Source of the DNA: Chiloscyllium plagiosum
Taxonomy: Eukaryota
DNA length: 64,000 nt
Direction of reading: 5' to 3'
Assembly (NCBI RefSeq): GCF_004010195.1
Contig: NC_057749.1
Span: 14,419,142-14,483,141, forward strand
Below the pieces are notes generated by a model. That model saw only the letters and a program-made list of their open reading frames with translations. It searched no databases and was not told the DNA's origin. The position numbers were made by a program, and so were the translations under genes. This document shows positions 39,243 through 52,384 of the stretch, piece by piece (the first letter of the stretch is position 1; every line of letters starts with the position of its first letter).

Positions 39243-39585
39243 GAGGACAGCACAGTGGCTCAGTGGTTAGCACTGCTGCCTCACAGTGCCAGGGACCTGG
39301 GTTCAATTGCAACCTTGGGTGACTGTCTGTGTGGAGTTTGCACATTCTCCCCGTGTCTGCGTGGGTTTCCTCCGGGTGCTCCGGTTTCCTCCCACAATCC
39401 AAAGATGTACAGGTTAGGTGAATTGGCCATGCTAAATTGCCCATAGTGCTCAGGAATATGTAGGTTAGGTGCATTAGTCTGTGTAAATGTAAGGTGGGGG
39501 ATGGGTCTGGGCAGGTTGCTCTTCGGAGGGTCAGCGTGGACTTGTTGGGCTGTAGGGCCGATTTCTACACTGTAGGGATTCCAAT
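39243..39585 (+). mobile_element. HE1/V-SINE-like copy
   Basis: A/B boxes, core and tail. Confidence 0.9.
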
Positions 39586-40037
39586 TCAAAACACTGATAG
39601 AAAAGTACATGCTAGGATGCAGTCTAGCCAGCATTTAACCTCTGGTATTTGCCATCCAGTGGAGGTGTCCGAAGGAAGCCTTGTCTGATGGAATTGTCCA
39701 GCAATTGCTGGGTCTTATGGGGATTGAAGCTGCTGGGAGCTGTGCATTAGGGAGGATTGCTTCTATCAGGCTTTAGGGGTTGCTGGGAGATAGGTCCAGG
39801 AATTGCTGATGTTCCAGGGTCTGAGAATTGAGAGTGGAATTGGATGGGAGAAGGACACTGGAAAGAGTTTTGGATATTGTAGGAGGCTGCAGGAGAAAGG
39901 TAAAAAAGAGGAGGCTCTGCAAGCATGAGGTATAGAAAGGAAGAAGCTGCAGGCAGAAGGCACTGGAAAGGACATGGCTGCAAGTGGGATAGAAGGAGAG
40001 AGTCTGAAAGAAGGAGGTAAACAGGATAAAAGATGAA

Positions 40038-40352
40038 GGGGCGGCACGGTGGCACAGTGGCACTGCTGCCTCACAGCGCCAGAGACCAGGGTTCAATTCC
40101 CGCCTCAGGCGACTGACTGTGTGGAGTTTGCACATTCTCCCCGTGTCTGCGTGGGTTTCCTCCGGGTGCTCTGGTTTCCTCCCACAGTGCAAAAATATGC
40201 GGGTCAGGTGAATTGGCCATGCTAAATTGCCCATAGTGTTAAGTTAAAGGGGTAAATGTAGGGATATGGGTGGGTTGCGCTTCGGCGTGTCGGTGTGGAC
40301 TTGTTGGGCCGAAGGGCCTGTTTCCACTGTAAGTAATCTAAGTAATCTAATC
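40038..40352 (+). mobile_element. Young HE1/V-SINE-like copy (CpGs retained)
   Basis: tRNA-like head, core and (aagtaatct)n tail. Confidence 0.9.
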
Positions 40353-40689
40353 AATGCTGGGAGCAGAAGAGGACTACAAGGTGGGAGAGAAGGTTGCAAC
40401 AGAGAAAGAGCAGGTTTCAAGGAAAGATTTTAGGAAAAGCTAAAAACACTAATAATTAATTCCTTGCAAATGAATGTGTACTCTAGCATAAGGCTGCATG
40501 TGTTCATTAGCTTCTCCATAGAGAAAATGTTGTAGATCCTTTTTAAATAAATAGTGTGAAATTCATAACCCCTTTAGTCTGAGATTTGAGATCTGAAATA
40601 CGATAACTCAAAGGTCTGGTTAAAATTGTCTAGTTTTGTGTACATGTAATGAAAATGCATTTGCTGTGATCTCACTGGTCTGTGGAGTG

Positions 40690-41155
40690 ATATTATTAAG
40701 CTGAAGAGGATTCAGAAACCAGGATGTTTCTGGGAGTGGAGGGTTTAAATTATGAGGAGAGGCTTGATAAGCTGAGATGTTTTTCACTGAGGGGTGGTAA
40801 GTTGAAGGGTGACTTTATTGAGGTTTATAAAATCATGAGGGGTATAGTTAAGGTGAATGGCAGGTCCCTTTTACCTCGGGTGGGGAATTTCAGGGCTAGG
40901 GGCCATATCTTCAAAGTGAGAGGAGAAAGATTTTAAAAAGACATGAGGGGCAACTTTTTTTTACACAGAGAATGATTAGTGTATGGTGGATACAACAGTT
41001 ACAACATTTAAAAGACATTTGGATAAGTACATGAATAAGAAATGCTTGGAGGGATATGGGCCAAGCACATTCAGGTGGGGCTAGTTTAGTTTGGGACTGT
41101 GGTCGGCATGGACTGGTTAGACCAAAGGATCTGTTTTCCCGCTGTTTGATGCTAT
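40690..41155 (+). mobile_element. CR1 LINE 3' fragment
   Basis: LNYEERLDKL...GDFIEVYKIMRG. Confidence 0.88.
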
Positions 41156-43166
41156 GCTAAATTCTTCTATTTCTGCTTGTATATCTGTCCCAAGTACCAT
41201 AAATGTGAAAACAAATTGAAAAGGCATTAATAGATTACGCATCATCCAATAAATGAGTTCTTGAGTCTGAAATAGTGGCCTCTTAAAATGTAGCCTTTGA
41301 GGAAAACAAAGAGCACACAAAGGAAAATTATTTTGATGCAGTGTCAGGTTCAAGTAAGTGGAGCTGTTTACATAATGTGAATAACCAAGCTGTGTGCAAT
41401 TGTCTGATAAAGCCATGGTTGTACAATGTATTGTATTGAAACCTGCCATTTTGAAAGGCTTTATAAATAGAGGGAAAGAGAATGAAAGCAAATTTTTTTT
41501 TTAACTGAACCAATATAAAATAATTTGACTCCACTGTGATGTTGGTTTCTAATTCTAGGCACCAGAAGGAAGTGAAGACTTTGTAGAGACTTGAGAACAA
41601 ATTTACTAAGACCTAAGGGATGAGGGATTACAGAGAAACTGGGGTTGTTCTCCTTAGATCTAAGATGCCTGAAAGAATTTGATGAACAAATTTGATGTAT
41701 AAATTTACTGAGGGGTAGCTAGAAGAAATAGAAACTGATTTCAGTGGCTGGAGAATCAATAATCCCATAACCCAAACTTCATAAATTAACTGGCAAAAGA
41801 ACCAATGGCAACAAGCGAGGAAATGTTTACACTGAGTGGTTAGGAATTGGCATGTGCCCCTTCCTGATATTTTGCTCGATGTGGATTCAAATTAGTGTTA
41901 GCAAGGAAATTAAACAATACTTGTTGAAAAAAAATGAAATGAATAAGTGATGTGGGAAGATGGTAGGGTTGACTGGATTTCTGTTGGAAATATTGGGATA
42001 GACTCAATGAGCTGCACTTCTGCAACCCTATTCTATTCCAGAGGACCCAAGTATATTGTGAAGGCATTCAACAGAAGCCATTGAACGTTAAAAGGATGGG
42101 CGAGATAAGGGTCACCGTGATTTGTCTCTTTGGCCATGGTCTGCAATAGTTCCCTTTATTGAGGTGTAAATGTTGACGTGGGCAGTTCATTTGCCAAGCT
42201 TTTATTTCCTTCTCACTTATAGCTTCAGGATATCGCCATTATATAATCAGTTAATTAGGCCTCACAGTGAGATCTTAAAATAGGTTTGGAAGAGCCAGAG
42301 TAACTGGGGTGTCAAATGCCACAATTGTATGCCGAAGTCTGCATCAAACCACGTATTTCCACAACACCTGTAACATTTTGTTGAAAAAAACCAAAACAAC
42401 AAATAGATTGCATGCAGTGAGTACAGACTATTATGGGCTTTGTTGTGGAATATCATACTGACCCAAATTCTGTGCCATGTTATTGTAAATGTTTTGCACC
42501 TGAGACTCTCTTGATCATTGTCCTGTGTTTTATGTCATCCATAAGACTACTCAAAATAAAGAGATTTTCATTGAAGTACTATATATCAGAATTAAATGTG
42601 AATATTATAATGAGTTCCAAAATAAATAAAGAATGAATAAACAGCAGATGAAGGATACTTTGAGGCGCACCATCTATAAACTGTATTTGTCATTTGTAAT
42701 TCTACTGAATAGTAATTTTTGCTATCTTGATAAAGCTATATATATTGTAAACACTCAACCTGTCAAAACATTTGATCCAGGATGGCCGGTTAGTATTTTG
42801 CAGGTGTTTTGGGGTCAGATGATATTGGCATAGTTGCAGCATTTTATGCATACAGGAATCTGTCTTTTGATTTTTTATTGAATATTTCTGACAAATAAGC
42901 ACTGTTGTGATGACAGAAATGCTGAAACATAGATTAAAACCTTTCATTGATCCTTAAAACAGTTCGGAGAAAGTGAGGACTGCATATGCTGGATGCAGTT
43001 ACCCTATGAATGACACAAATTCCAACCAAAATTTTGGCATTTGAAACAATATTCTATTGAATGCAAATAAGGTTGAAAGAATGAATAAAATGATACTCAA
43101 AAAAACAAATTGAACCTGTACAGTTGAGAATGGGAATTTGCTAAAATGTAATATTTTCTTCTTAGA

Positions 43167-43261
43167 ATGATGGATGAACTCATGTCCAATACAGCATTGC
43201 CACCCATTTTTGCTGATGATGATGTGTCAAAAGAGAGTGCAGATCTGACAGTCGATGCAGG
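43167..43261 (+). CDS. HMG20A: HMG20A coding exon 1 (start codon): MMDELMSNTALPPIFADDDVSKESADLTVDA-G
   Basis: Acceptor ttttcttcttag|a at 43165/43166, ATG at 43167, donor GG|gtatgt after 43261 (phase 2). Resembles the vertebrate HMG20A N-terminus (LPPLFADED-SKES motif) and splices in frame to the next exon. Confidence 0.93.
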
Positions 43262-44624
43262 GTATGTTAAACTGTAGTCTTACCAAAGGCACTGATCTTT
43301 TGTACTGTCTTTGATTAATTTGTTTGTGAGAAGATACCAGAGGCTGGAAGCAAATTGGGTAAGAAGTGTTTATTTTTATTTGTTCCCCTGTACATGCTGA
43401 CTGTTTCTCCAATATACTTTAATGGAAAGCAAAACAAGAGTTAGTGTTCCGAGCCTGGTGACTCTTCGTCAGAACAAGGGTCATTGGTCTCAAAAAGTTA
43501 AATCTCTTCTCTCTACGGATGTTGCCAGAGCTCCTGTGTTTGTCTAGCACTCTGTTTTTGTTCTAGATTTCCAGAATCTGCAGTTCTTTGTGTTTTATAC
43601 TTTAGTTGATGTTGGCAAACCCCAGTAACCTGCCCATGTTCTCTGTGAACATGTACAGTATATGCATTGGGAGGCAAGCACAGTGTGGAAGTCCTCACAA
43701 TTTAACTCCAAGTCTGAGTTAGTCGTTGGCTGCAACAGATCAGCATTCCTGAGATATGGAGATCAAAGGATCCATCCATGACCAAAATTGTATTGACAAA
43801 GGCTAAAATTCGGTTCAGCTAAGTTGCACCCCACAATCTTTGGAAGGCCACTAACATGCTTACCAAGCAATAACAGTTAATTAGGTGATTTCGTCAATTA
43901 AGCTACCTCAGTCAAGAGTTGAAAGCTCTTTGGAACGGTAAGAAAGAAAATTGACAGCCATTTACAATGTGAGGAAGAGAATTGAGGACAGAGCAAGAAT
44001 TGTATGACTATATAGGATTGTACAGAAAACTTATTTCTGTTCCAGCACATGCGCACACTGTGTTTTGCATATTCTCTCTCCTCCCCCCTTTTAAAGCCCT
44101 GATTTCTACCAGGTATAATTCTACAGGCACAGATCAGCCTCATTCTCGCTCAAATGATCATTTGTTTTGAGATGGCCTTGACAGACATTATTACTGGAAT
44201 ATTCAAAAGTATCTCTGTTCAACATATACACAGCAGCTAGCATTCAGAGCAGCATAAGTAAACAGAAGTAAGAGATGTAAACAAAACTTCCATATCCCTG
44301 GATTGTGCATCATATTGTTGATACTGTTATGTAACTAAGCAGTAATTGCTGTGCAAGCTGCTGTCTTGGAAGGTTGCCAAATGTTCTCACTTTTCTCATT
44401 CATCCACTTCTACAGAAGTGATCTTGTTCAGTGACATTTTCCATATGTTGATATTTCTGCTAGAAGCTTGATGCCGTACTCTTTTTCAATTTATATTTGT
44501 GATTGTAACAATTTTGTTCAGCAATGCCTCTTGATCACTAAACATGTTGTAGAGGCCTTAGCTTCTGATTAACTCAATCTAAATCAAAGGCTGTTGTTTC
44601 TTGAAGCGATTTTTAAAAACCTTT

Positions 44625-44950
44625 ATTCATTCATGGAATGAGGACGTCACAGGCTAGGCAGCATTTATTGCCCAGAGGGCAGTTAAGAGTCAACCATAAC
44701 GCTGTGTGTCTGGAGTCACATGTAAGCCAGACCAGGTAAGGATGGCAGTTTCCTTCCCTAAAGTACATTAGTGAACCAGATGGGTTTTTCCTGACAATTA
44801 ACAATGGATTCATGGTCATTAGATTCTTAATTCCAGATATTTATTGAATTCAAATTCCACCAGCTGCTGTGGCAGGATTTTGACTTAACACCCCAAAACA
44901 TTAACTGGATTAACAGTCCAGCGGTAATACCACAAGGGCATTGCCTCCCC
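44625..44950 (-). mobile_element. Deu-domain SINE (SacSINE1-like), near full length
   Basis: Well-preserved Deu core and tRNA-like head on the - strand. Confidence 0.8.
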
Positions 44951-46088
44951 TGAGAACAGCAGTGTTTGCATGCACAAACCAGAATTTGAAGGCATAATGT
45001 GAACAGCCTTGTTGCAAGTGGTGGATAGATGGGGGACTCTTCACCTCATTTGAGTCTAATTCCTAATTAAACATAGCACAACCAAACAAGACAAATTGGT
45101 TACTTGTGTGGTATCAGTACAGTCACTGGATTCAAATGTGTCAATATGAATATGCTGTGAAAGATTTGGAGTTAAATATATATTCTCTAATGTGTGACAT
45201 AAGCGGATTAAATTGCTCTGATCATCACAACTACCAATGATGCTTCACTTTCTTGTGCTATAAACTCGAATGGGAAAAATCTATTGTTGGATTGCCAGTT
45301 TAAGTAAGCACGGTTTTCAAATTCAAGTCACAATGGTCTTAATGGGGAACAAAATGATATATTAAGTAGACATTGGCAGACACATTTTCTATCAAGATTG
45401 TTCATAGTTAAGATGGTCTACAGAACTGGTAACGGTATGTTTTGATTGACAAATGCTCTGTGCTACCAGGGAAGTTGTCTGTCTGAAATGTGTCCCAGAA
45501 ATTTATTAGTTTCTAGTTTATGCAGAAGCAGTTGACTTACCAAATTTTGAAAAAGCACAGCAAAGTAACACAGCTTGGATATTTGCTGCAGGAAGTCCAC
45601 TATGGTCATTGACTTGCACTGGCCCCAATAAAAGTCAATGGTGTTGTCATTGGATGCTAGTGAAGGGTAACTGAATGTCTGAAATTTTCATGTGAGTTTT
45701 TTAGTGTTTTTCTTTCCACTAAAGAGTGCAGGTGGGTGTGTGAATTGTTTGTACTATGTCACTGTGAATTGTAAAAAGCACTCCAGCAGTGCAATTACAG
45801 ATGTTGCCTTTCCGGAATTGGGGGTTATACTTGGAGAGAGCATTTGAGGTATGCCATGACATCATCCTAGTTATTGTGGTTGCAGCCCTCTCACTGGTAG
45901 TGCTAGTGGGAACATTTTGAAGTGGGAAACTAGGAATATTGTATGAGAAGCACATAAACGGATGTGCAGTTTTTTTTATTCTGGAGCATATTTGTGTTAA
46001 TATGTTAAATGGGCCTTGTAACATCAGTGCACTATACTCTGAACTTCTTTGCAGAGCAAACTTTAAAGCCATTTTTCATTTTATGCAG

Positions 46089-46236
46089 CTTTTCAGGACC
46101 AGAAAGCTCATACAGTTCTGGGGTCTCACAGTCTCTGAACAATCCAGAGTTTGTGGAAGATCTGTCCCAGGTGCAGTTACTGCAGAATGAGTCCCCTCAG
46201 GCAGCAGACAGCAATGAGCAAAGAAGTGAGGAGGAG
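46089..46236 (+). CDS. HMG20A: HMG20A coding exon 2: FSGPESSYSSGVSQSLNNPEFVEDLSQVQLLQNESPQAADSNEQRSEEE
   Basis: ttatgcag| acceptor, GAG|gtgagt donor, 148 nt, phase 2 to 0. The NNPEFVEDLSQ motif is characteristic of HMG20A. Confidence 0.95.
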
Positions 46237-48856
46237 GTGAGTTTCAAAGCCATCTGTGTTCATCCCTGGATTGCTAAAGAACACAGTAGACGCATTGTTC
46301 TTCAGCCACAAGCAGTACTCTTTTTATTCAGAGGAGAAAATTCACATTTCTTTGGAAATTAATTTGGATAAATTCAAGCTGTCTTTTTTTCCACTTAAGA
46401 GAATTTAATGAAAAATTTGAAAAAAGGTGGACATGAAATGGAAATAAAACCATTGAGGAAGATTAAGGAAGGAGACAGGATAACGCATTGGAAGAATCCT
46501 AATAGATAAACTCTGTATTCAAGGAGAACCAGACATTAACAGTTGGATATAATTGGATTATGTTTTTAATTCAACAATAATGACTGTAGTTATATTGCAT
46601 TTTTAATATAATCAAGAATCCCAAGTAACTTCATGTAAGCATTATTAAATAACATCAGGCCACATAAGGCAATATTGGGTTGGCTGACCAAAGGCTTAGC
46701 TAAAAAGAGAGATTTTAAGCAGTATCTCAAAGGAACAAAGTGAGGTAGAGATGAAGAAAGGTGTGGGGATGAAATTCCAGAGCTTGTGGCTCAGATCTCT
46801 CTCTATCTCTTTTGCTTTCTTCTGCCATTCCATATTACAGAATAAAAGTGCCACTTATTGTAAGTTCTGTCTCATGTTCACATTATGGCTGCAGCAATAC
46901 TATCTATCCTTTTGTACATAACCCAAATTGCCATCTGTCAATCATGATTTGGCATGTGAACATTAGTGATTGGTAGATTTTGCGTACAGAAAACCATGCT
47001 ATTTGCCTGTCTTTCTTTAGTCACCTGGATAGATTGTGCTTGTGGAGAGCATTATTATTCCAGCTGTATTCAGCTAATTCAGCTCCAGCTAGGAAATAAA
47101 CCTCCACAGTTTCATGCACCTGAAATATTAACTTTTTTTTTCTCCAAAGATGTTGCCTGACTTGCTGAGTATTCCCATCATTTTTGTTTTTATTTCAGCA
47201 GCCTTCTGAAAAATGTGGCCCACTACTTTAATATGAGGAACTAGTTTCTCTCCTTGGTATTGCTACTGGCCCAAATATGTGTAGAACTAATATGTCTGTT
47301 ACTCAAGTGAGTTATTTGGGGACTGGATTAAAAAATGAGCTGGGACCTCTGATGAAATCCAACACAGTCTGGTGGAATTAAAGCCTACGACTCCCAGCTG
47401 TGAGGGTTAGAGAGCTCTAATAATTCTAATGGCACAGAAGTCTATCTAGTGTGGCACAAAATTAACTTTTTATTTTGTCAGAGAGGCCAAAGATGATTTG
47501 GTAGAAAAACATGTCACACTAATCCAATGAGATTCACACTGAGGTACATCTGCAATTAACTGTACCTTCGGTGACTGTGAGTTTGTGCCTGAAATCAATA
47601 TGTTATATTCCCCAGTATTGTCAACATCAGTCATTGATGTTGACAATCTCAAAATTTGTACCAAGAGTCACATTGATTCATTGTGCGTTCAATTCAGCAA
47701 GAAAGAGCAATGATGAACATTTCAAGTACAGATATTGTACACAATAAGCCTTTTGTTATTCAGTACAGTACCTGCCTTTGTGATTGAAATCACATTGGTG
47801 ACCTCATGGTTTTCACCTTGGTTATCTTTCTTTTATGTCTCAAGACAAGGTAATATATTTTCTGCCTACCAACATTATTATGTGTAATGTGATAGTTAAC
47901 TCTGTGGTCAGAGTAAGTTTGGGAACGTTTCAAAAACCATTTCAGAGACGGGTGCAAACATGAATCAAACACAATTTAGACTTTCAGTAGGAAATGAACC
48001 TCCTCCCTGTGGGGAGTATACTGTAAATGTCTGTGAAATTAATTATATTTCAATTATAGATTGGGGTTTAAATATCAAACCTATAACTATTTTTGGAATG
48101 TACCCACTATCTGGCAAGATATTAAATATGACAAAAAACTCCCATCTTTAAAGATAAAGATTTCCAATGCCGCAGCTACATTGTAATGCTTTGTCTAATT
48201 GTTATTCTCCTGATGGGGGTACAAGTGATATGCAGCTGAACAGTGGCAATGCCACAGCCAAGCTAAATACTGTTTTCCATTAAAATTTTCAGAATGGTTG
48301 ATCAATAACAATTAGAAATGAGAACTCTGGTTCTCTTGCCCTCCTTCCTTCTGAGAATGCTGTGTTTTCTTTAGAAACTAGACTGAGGTCAGTAAACTGA
48401 GCACAGACTGGGAATTGAATTTAACATTCTCTGTATTCTATGACTTGTTACTAGACCAGGCAGTATCTTTAGCAGGAGACTGTATCTGTTGAAATATTTC
48501 ATCTTCTCTATAATTTGCTGATAAAGTGAAATGGGCAGTAAAGCTTTGTGAGTGCAAAGATTGAAAATGTTCGTTCATAATAAAACCTGTTGTAAATAAT
48601 TGAAAAATATGAATACCAGGTTGATTTGGTTCTTTGCAGCCTGCATAATCTTTCTGTGGCCACAGTAGCTTTGATGTGAAATAAGTTAAACTGTTGGTTT
48701 GAATGAACTAGCAAACTGAGTAATTGAATTTTAAAAAAGGAGGTGGTCTAACTGGTGAAGAATGAGTCTCAACCAAACTACACATGGATTGATTTGATTT
48801 TTGACGGGGTGAGTCTCTTTGACATGGTAAACAGCTTTTTTTGTATTATTAAGCAG

Positions 48857-49069
48857 AAAACTGCTAAGAAAGGGGGCTGGCCAAAAGGAAGAAAAAGGAA
48901 AAAAGCAACCAAGGACAGCAATGCACCAAAAGCTCCACTGACTGGATATGTGAGATTTCTTAATGAGCGTCGGGAGCAGCTTCGAGCACAACGGCCGGAT
49001 GTTCCATTTTCCGAAATCACCAGAATGTTGGGAAATGAGTGGAGCAAATTGCCTGCGGACGATAAACAG
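48857..49069 (+). CDS. HMG20A: HMG20A coding exon 3, basic NLS-like region and most of the HMG box: [16 protein letters not shown]...[50 protein letters not shown]
   Basis: Tandem aag/cag acceptor (alternative start 48854), CAG|gtactg donor, 213 nt, phase 0 to 0. Clear HMG-box signature. Confidence 0.97.
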
Positions 49070-49094
49070 GTACTGGGAGGATGGATACTAAACA

Positions 49095-49355
49095 ATAAAA
49101 AGAGAATTGTGGGTGCTGGAAGTCGGAAAGAAAAACAGAAATTGATGAAAAAGCACAGCATGTCTGGCAGCATCTGTGGAGAGAAATCAGAATTAACGTC
49201 TCAGGTCTAGTGATCCTTCTTCAGAACTAGTAATGGTGAGGACATGATTCCTAGCTACTGCTAGTTCTGAAGCAAAGCTCTGGACGCTAACTCTGATTTC
49301 TCTCCACAGATGCTGCCAGACCTGCTGACTTTTTCCAGCAATTTCTATCTTTGTT
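49095..49355. mobile_element. Palindromic Penelope-type mini-element immediately after the HMG-box exon
   Basis: Arms tctggcagcatctgtggagagaaatcaga / tctgatttctctccacagatgctgccaga, with a minus-strand hammerhead relic at about 49192-49229. Confidence 0.8.
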
Positions 49356-49474
49356 GCTGAGAGGTTAGATTTGTTAAGTTAGTAATTCATAATGGATGCT
49401 TCTAAAGTCCCAGAATTGTAGACTTCCTTTTAATATGGATGTAATTTTGTAACATTTCTTTGTAGTAACAGAGC

Positions 49475-51785
49475 TTTAAGGGACACGAACCACAGGTCTT
49501 GCGTGAATTTGTTAAATGTGTTCAAGAAAATTTCTTTATCAATATGTAAATGTGCCTACCAGAGAAGGAGCAAACTTAACCACCTCTTGGGAAATAAGGC
49601 AGGATGATTCACTTAAGTGTTAGTAGCGGAACACTTGGAACCAGTGATCATAACTCTGTTAGTTTTTAAATAGTTATGGAAAAAGATAAGCCTTCCATTA
49701 AAGTTAAAGTTCTCAACTGGAGTAAAGCAAATTTTAACGGTATGATACAAGAACTTTCAAAGGTTGATTAGAGTAGACTGTTTACAGGTAAAGGGACAAC
49801 TGACAAGTGGGAGGCTTTCAAAAGTGTGATAACAAAGGTTCAGAGGCATGTGTTCCTGTTAGAGTAAGGCTGGTAAGCGTGGGGATCAATGGATGAATAA
49901 AGATATTGAGATTCTAGTCAAGAATAAAAAAGAAGATAGACATAGATAACTGGGATCAAATTAATCTCTTGAAAAATATGAAGAGTTTAGGGGCATTTTA
50001 AAAAGAGAATTCAGGAAGACAAAGAGGAGATATGCAATAGCCTTGGCAGATGAGGTTCGAATAATTCAAAGAGTACATTAAGAGCAAAAAAGCAACTAAA
50101 GAAAGAGTGGGGCCTCTTAAAGATCAATTAGATCATCTTTGTGTTGAATCTCAGGTGATGGGAGAGATATTAGATGAATATTTGATATCTGTTTTTACAA
50201 TGGAGAAAGAAATGGAGGTTAGAGAACTCAGGGAAATAAATATTGATGTTTTGAAAACAATTCACATTACAGAAGAGGAAGTGCTGGAGGTCTTAGAAAA
50301 CATAAAGGTGGATAAATCTGCAATCAAGTGTATCCCAGGATGTTGTGGGAAATTAGGGAGGAAATTGTGGTGACCCAAGCAAAAATATTTGGATCATCAA
50401 TAACTGCGGGTGAGGTGCCGAGGACTGGGAGTCAGCTAACGTTGTGCCTTTATTTAAGAAAGGCTTGTAAGGAGAAGCCTCTGAACTATAGACCTGTGAA
50501 TCTGACATTGATGGTGTGTAGGTTGTTGGAGGTGATTCTAAATGATAGCATTTGCATGCATGCACTTGGAGAGGCAAGGAATGATCAGGGATAGTCAGCA
50601 TGGTTTTATGCAAAGGGAATCATGTCTCACAAACTTGATTGAGCTTTTTGAGGAAGTAACCAAAAGGATTGATGAGTGCAGAGCGGTAGACGTTGTTTAC
50701 TTGGACTTGAGTAAAGCTTTTGATAAGGGTCTGTATAGTAGATTAATTAGTAAAGTTAGTAAGTTTGGATGACACTGAAATTGGTGGTATAGTGGACAGT
50801 GAAGAAGGTTATCTCAGATTACAAAGAGATCTTGATTAATTAAGTCAATTGGCTGAATGGCAGATGGCGTTTAATTCTGATAAATGCAATTTTGGTAAAA
50901 CAAACAAGGGCAAGACTTATACGGTTAATGGTAGTATCCTGGGTAGTGTTGTAGAACAGAGAGATCTAGGGGTTCAAGTACCTATTTCTTTGAAGTTTGC
51001 ATCACAGGGTGATTAAGAAGGCATTTAGCACGCTTGCCTTCATTTCTCAGATGTTTGAGTACAGGAATTGGAACGTCACACAGAATGTTGGTGAGGCCTC
51101 TTCTGAAGTACTGTGTCCAGTTCTGGTCGCCCTGTTATAGGAAAGATATTAAATTGGAGAAGGTTCAGAAAAGGTTCACCAGGATGTTGCCAGAATAGAG
51201 GGTTTGCGTTATAAAAATACGCTGGGACTTTTTTCACTGGAGAGTAGGAGGTTAAGGGTGATTTTATATGAGAGTTTTTTTGAATCATGAGGAGCGTACA
51301 TAAGGTGAGCAGCAAAGGTCTTCCCCCTAAGGTGGGGGAGTTCAAAACTATGAGGCATATTTTTAAGATCGTAGAGTCATAGAGATGTACAGCATGGAAA
51401 CAGACCTATCGGTCCAACTTGTCCATGCCAACCAAATATGCTAACCTAATCCATTCCCAATTGCCAGCACTTGACCCATATCCCTCTAACCCCTCCCTAT
51501 TTATATACCCATCCAGAAGGTGAGAGGAGAAAAATTTAAAAACAACACGCGGGGCAACATTTTTATACAGAGAATGGTTAGTGTATGGAATGAACACCAG
51601 AGGAAGTGGTAGATGTGGGCACCTTACAAAGTTTCAAAGGTATTAGAATAAGTACATGAAAAGGGAACATTTGGAGGAACATGGGCCAAATGCAGTCAGT
51701 GGGACTAGTTTAGTTTGGCAACATGTTCAGCATGGACTAGTTGGACTGAAGGGCCTGTTTCCATGCTGTATATCTCTATGATTGT
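49475..51785 (+). mobile_element. Degraded CR1 LINE (about 2.3 kb of ORF2) with an antisense CR1 3' end nested at about 51372-51515
   Basis: NYRPVNLT, SQHGFMQRESCLTNLIELFEEVTKRIDECRAVDVVYLDLSKAFDK. Confidence 0.92.
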
Positions 51786-51837
51786 GTGGGATAGGAGGCC
51801 TGAAGATATCATCTGCTGTGAAACATGTGCTTTTTTT

Positions 51838-52150
51838 TAGATTAGATTTTAGATTACTTACAGTGTGGAAACAGGCCCTTCGGCCCAACAAGTCCACACC
51901 GAGCCGCCGAAGCGTAACCCACCCAGACCCATTCCCCTACATTTACCCCTTCACCTAACATTACGGGCAATTTAGCATGGCCAATTCACCTAACTTGCAC
52001 ATTTTTGGATTGTGGGAGGAAACCGGAGCACCCGGAGGAAACCCACGCAGACACGGGGAGAATGTGCAAACTCCACACAGAGAGGCGGGAATTGAACCCG
52101 GGTCTCTGGCGCTGTGAGGCAGCAGTGCTAACCACTGTGCCACCGTGCCA
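51838..52150 (-). mobile_element. Young HE1/V-SINE-like copy
   Basis: Reverse-complement SINE with CpGs retained. Confidence 0.9.
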
Positions 52151-52384
52151 CCCATACTGCCACCGTGCTGTGTCCAGGGCCAGGAAAGGGGGATGGTGCA
52201 CATATTGATATTCACTGGGGCCCAAGCACATTGACTATGCAGCAGCACTGAAAACACAACGGAACAGAGGGCATTTTTGACTCCCAGATGTCCAGGAATA
52301 TTTATGTAAAACAGTGCAGTAACTTAAATGGACAAAATCTCTGAAAAACTGCTTCTCCAATCACAGGCTGGTTCTCTCCTCTGG

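Noticed and set aside
39243..39315. tRNA genes at SINE heads (also 2581, 40038, 63830)
   Set aside because: The A/B boxes run directly into SINE core and tail sequence, and the copies are diverged.
48755..49210. 151-aa single-exon HMG-box gene
   Set aside because: Only 48857-49069 is exonic, bounded by AG/GT; the flanks are intron and repeat read-through.
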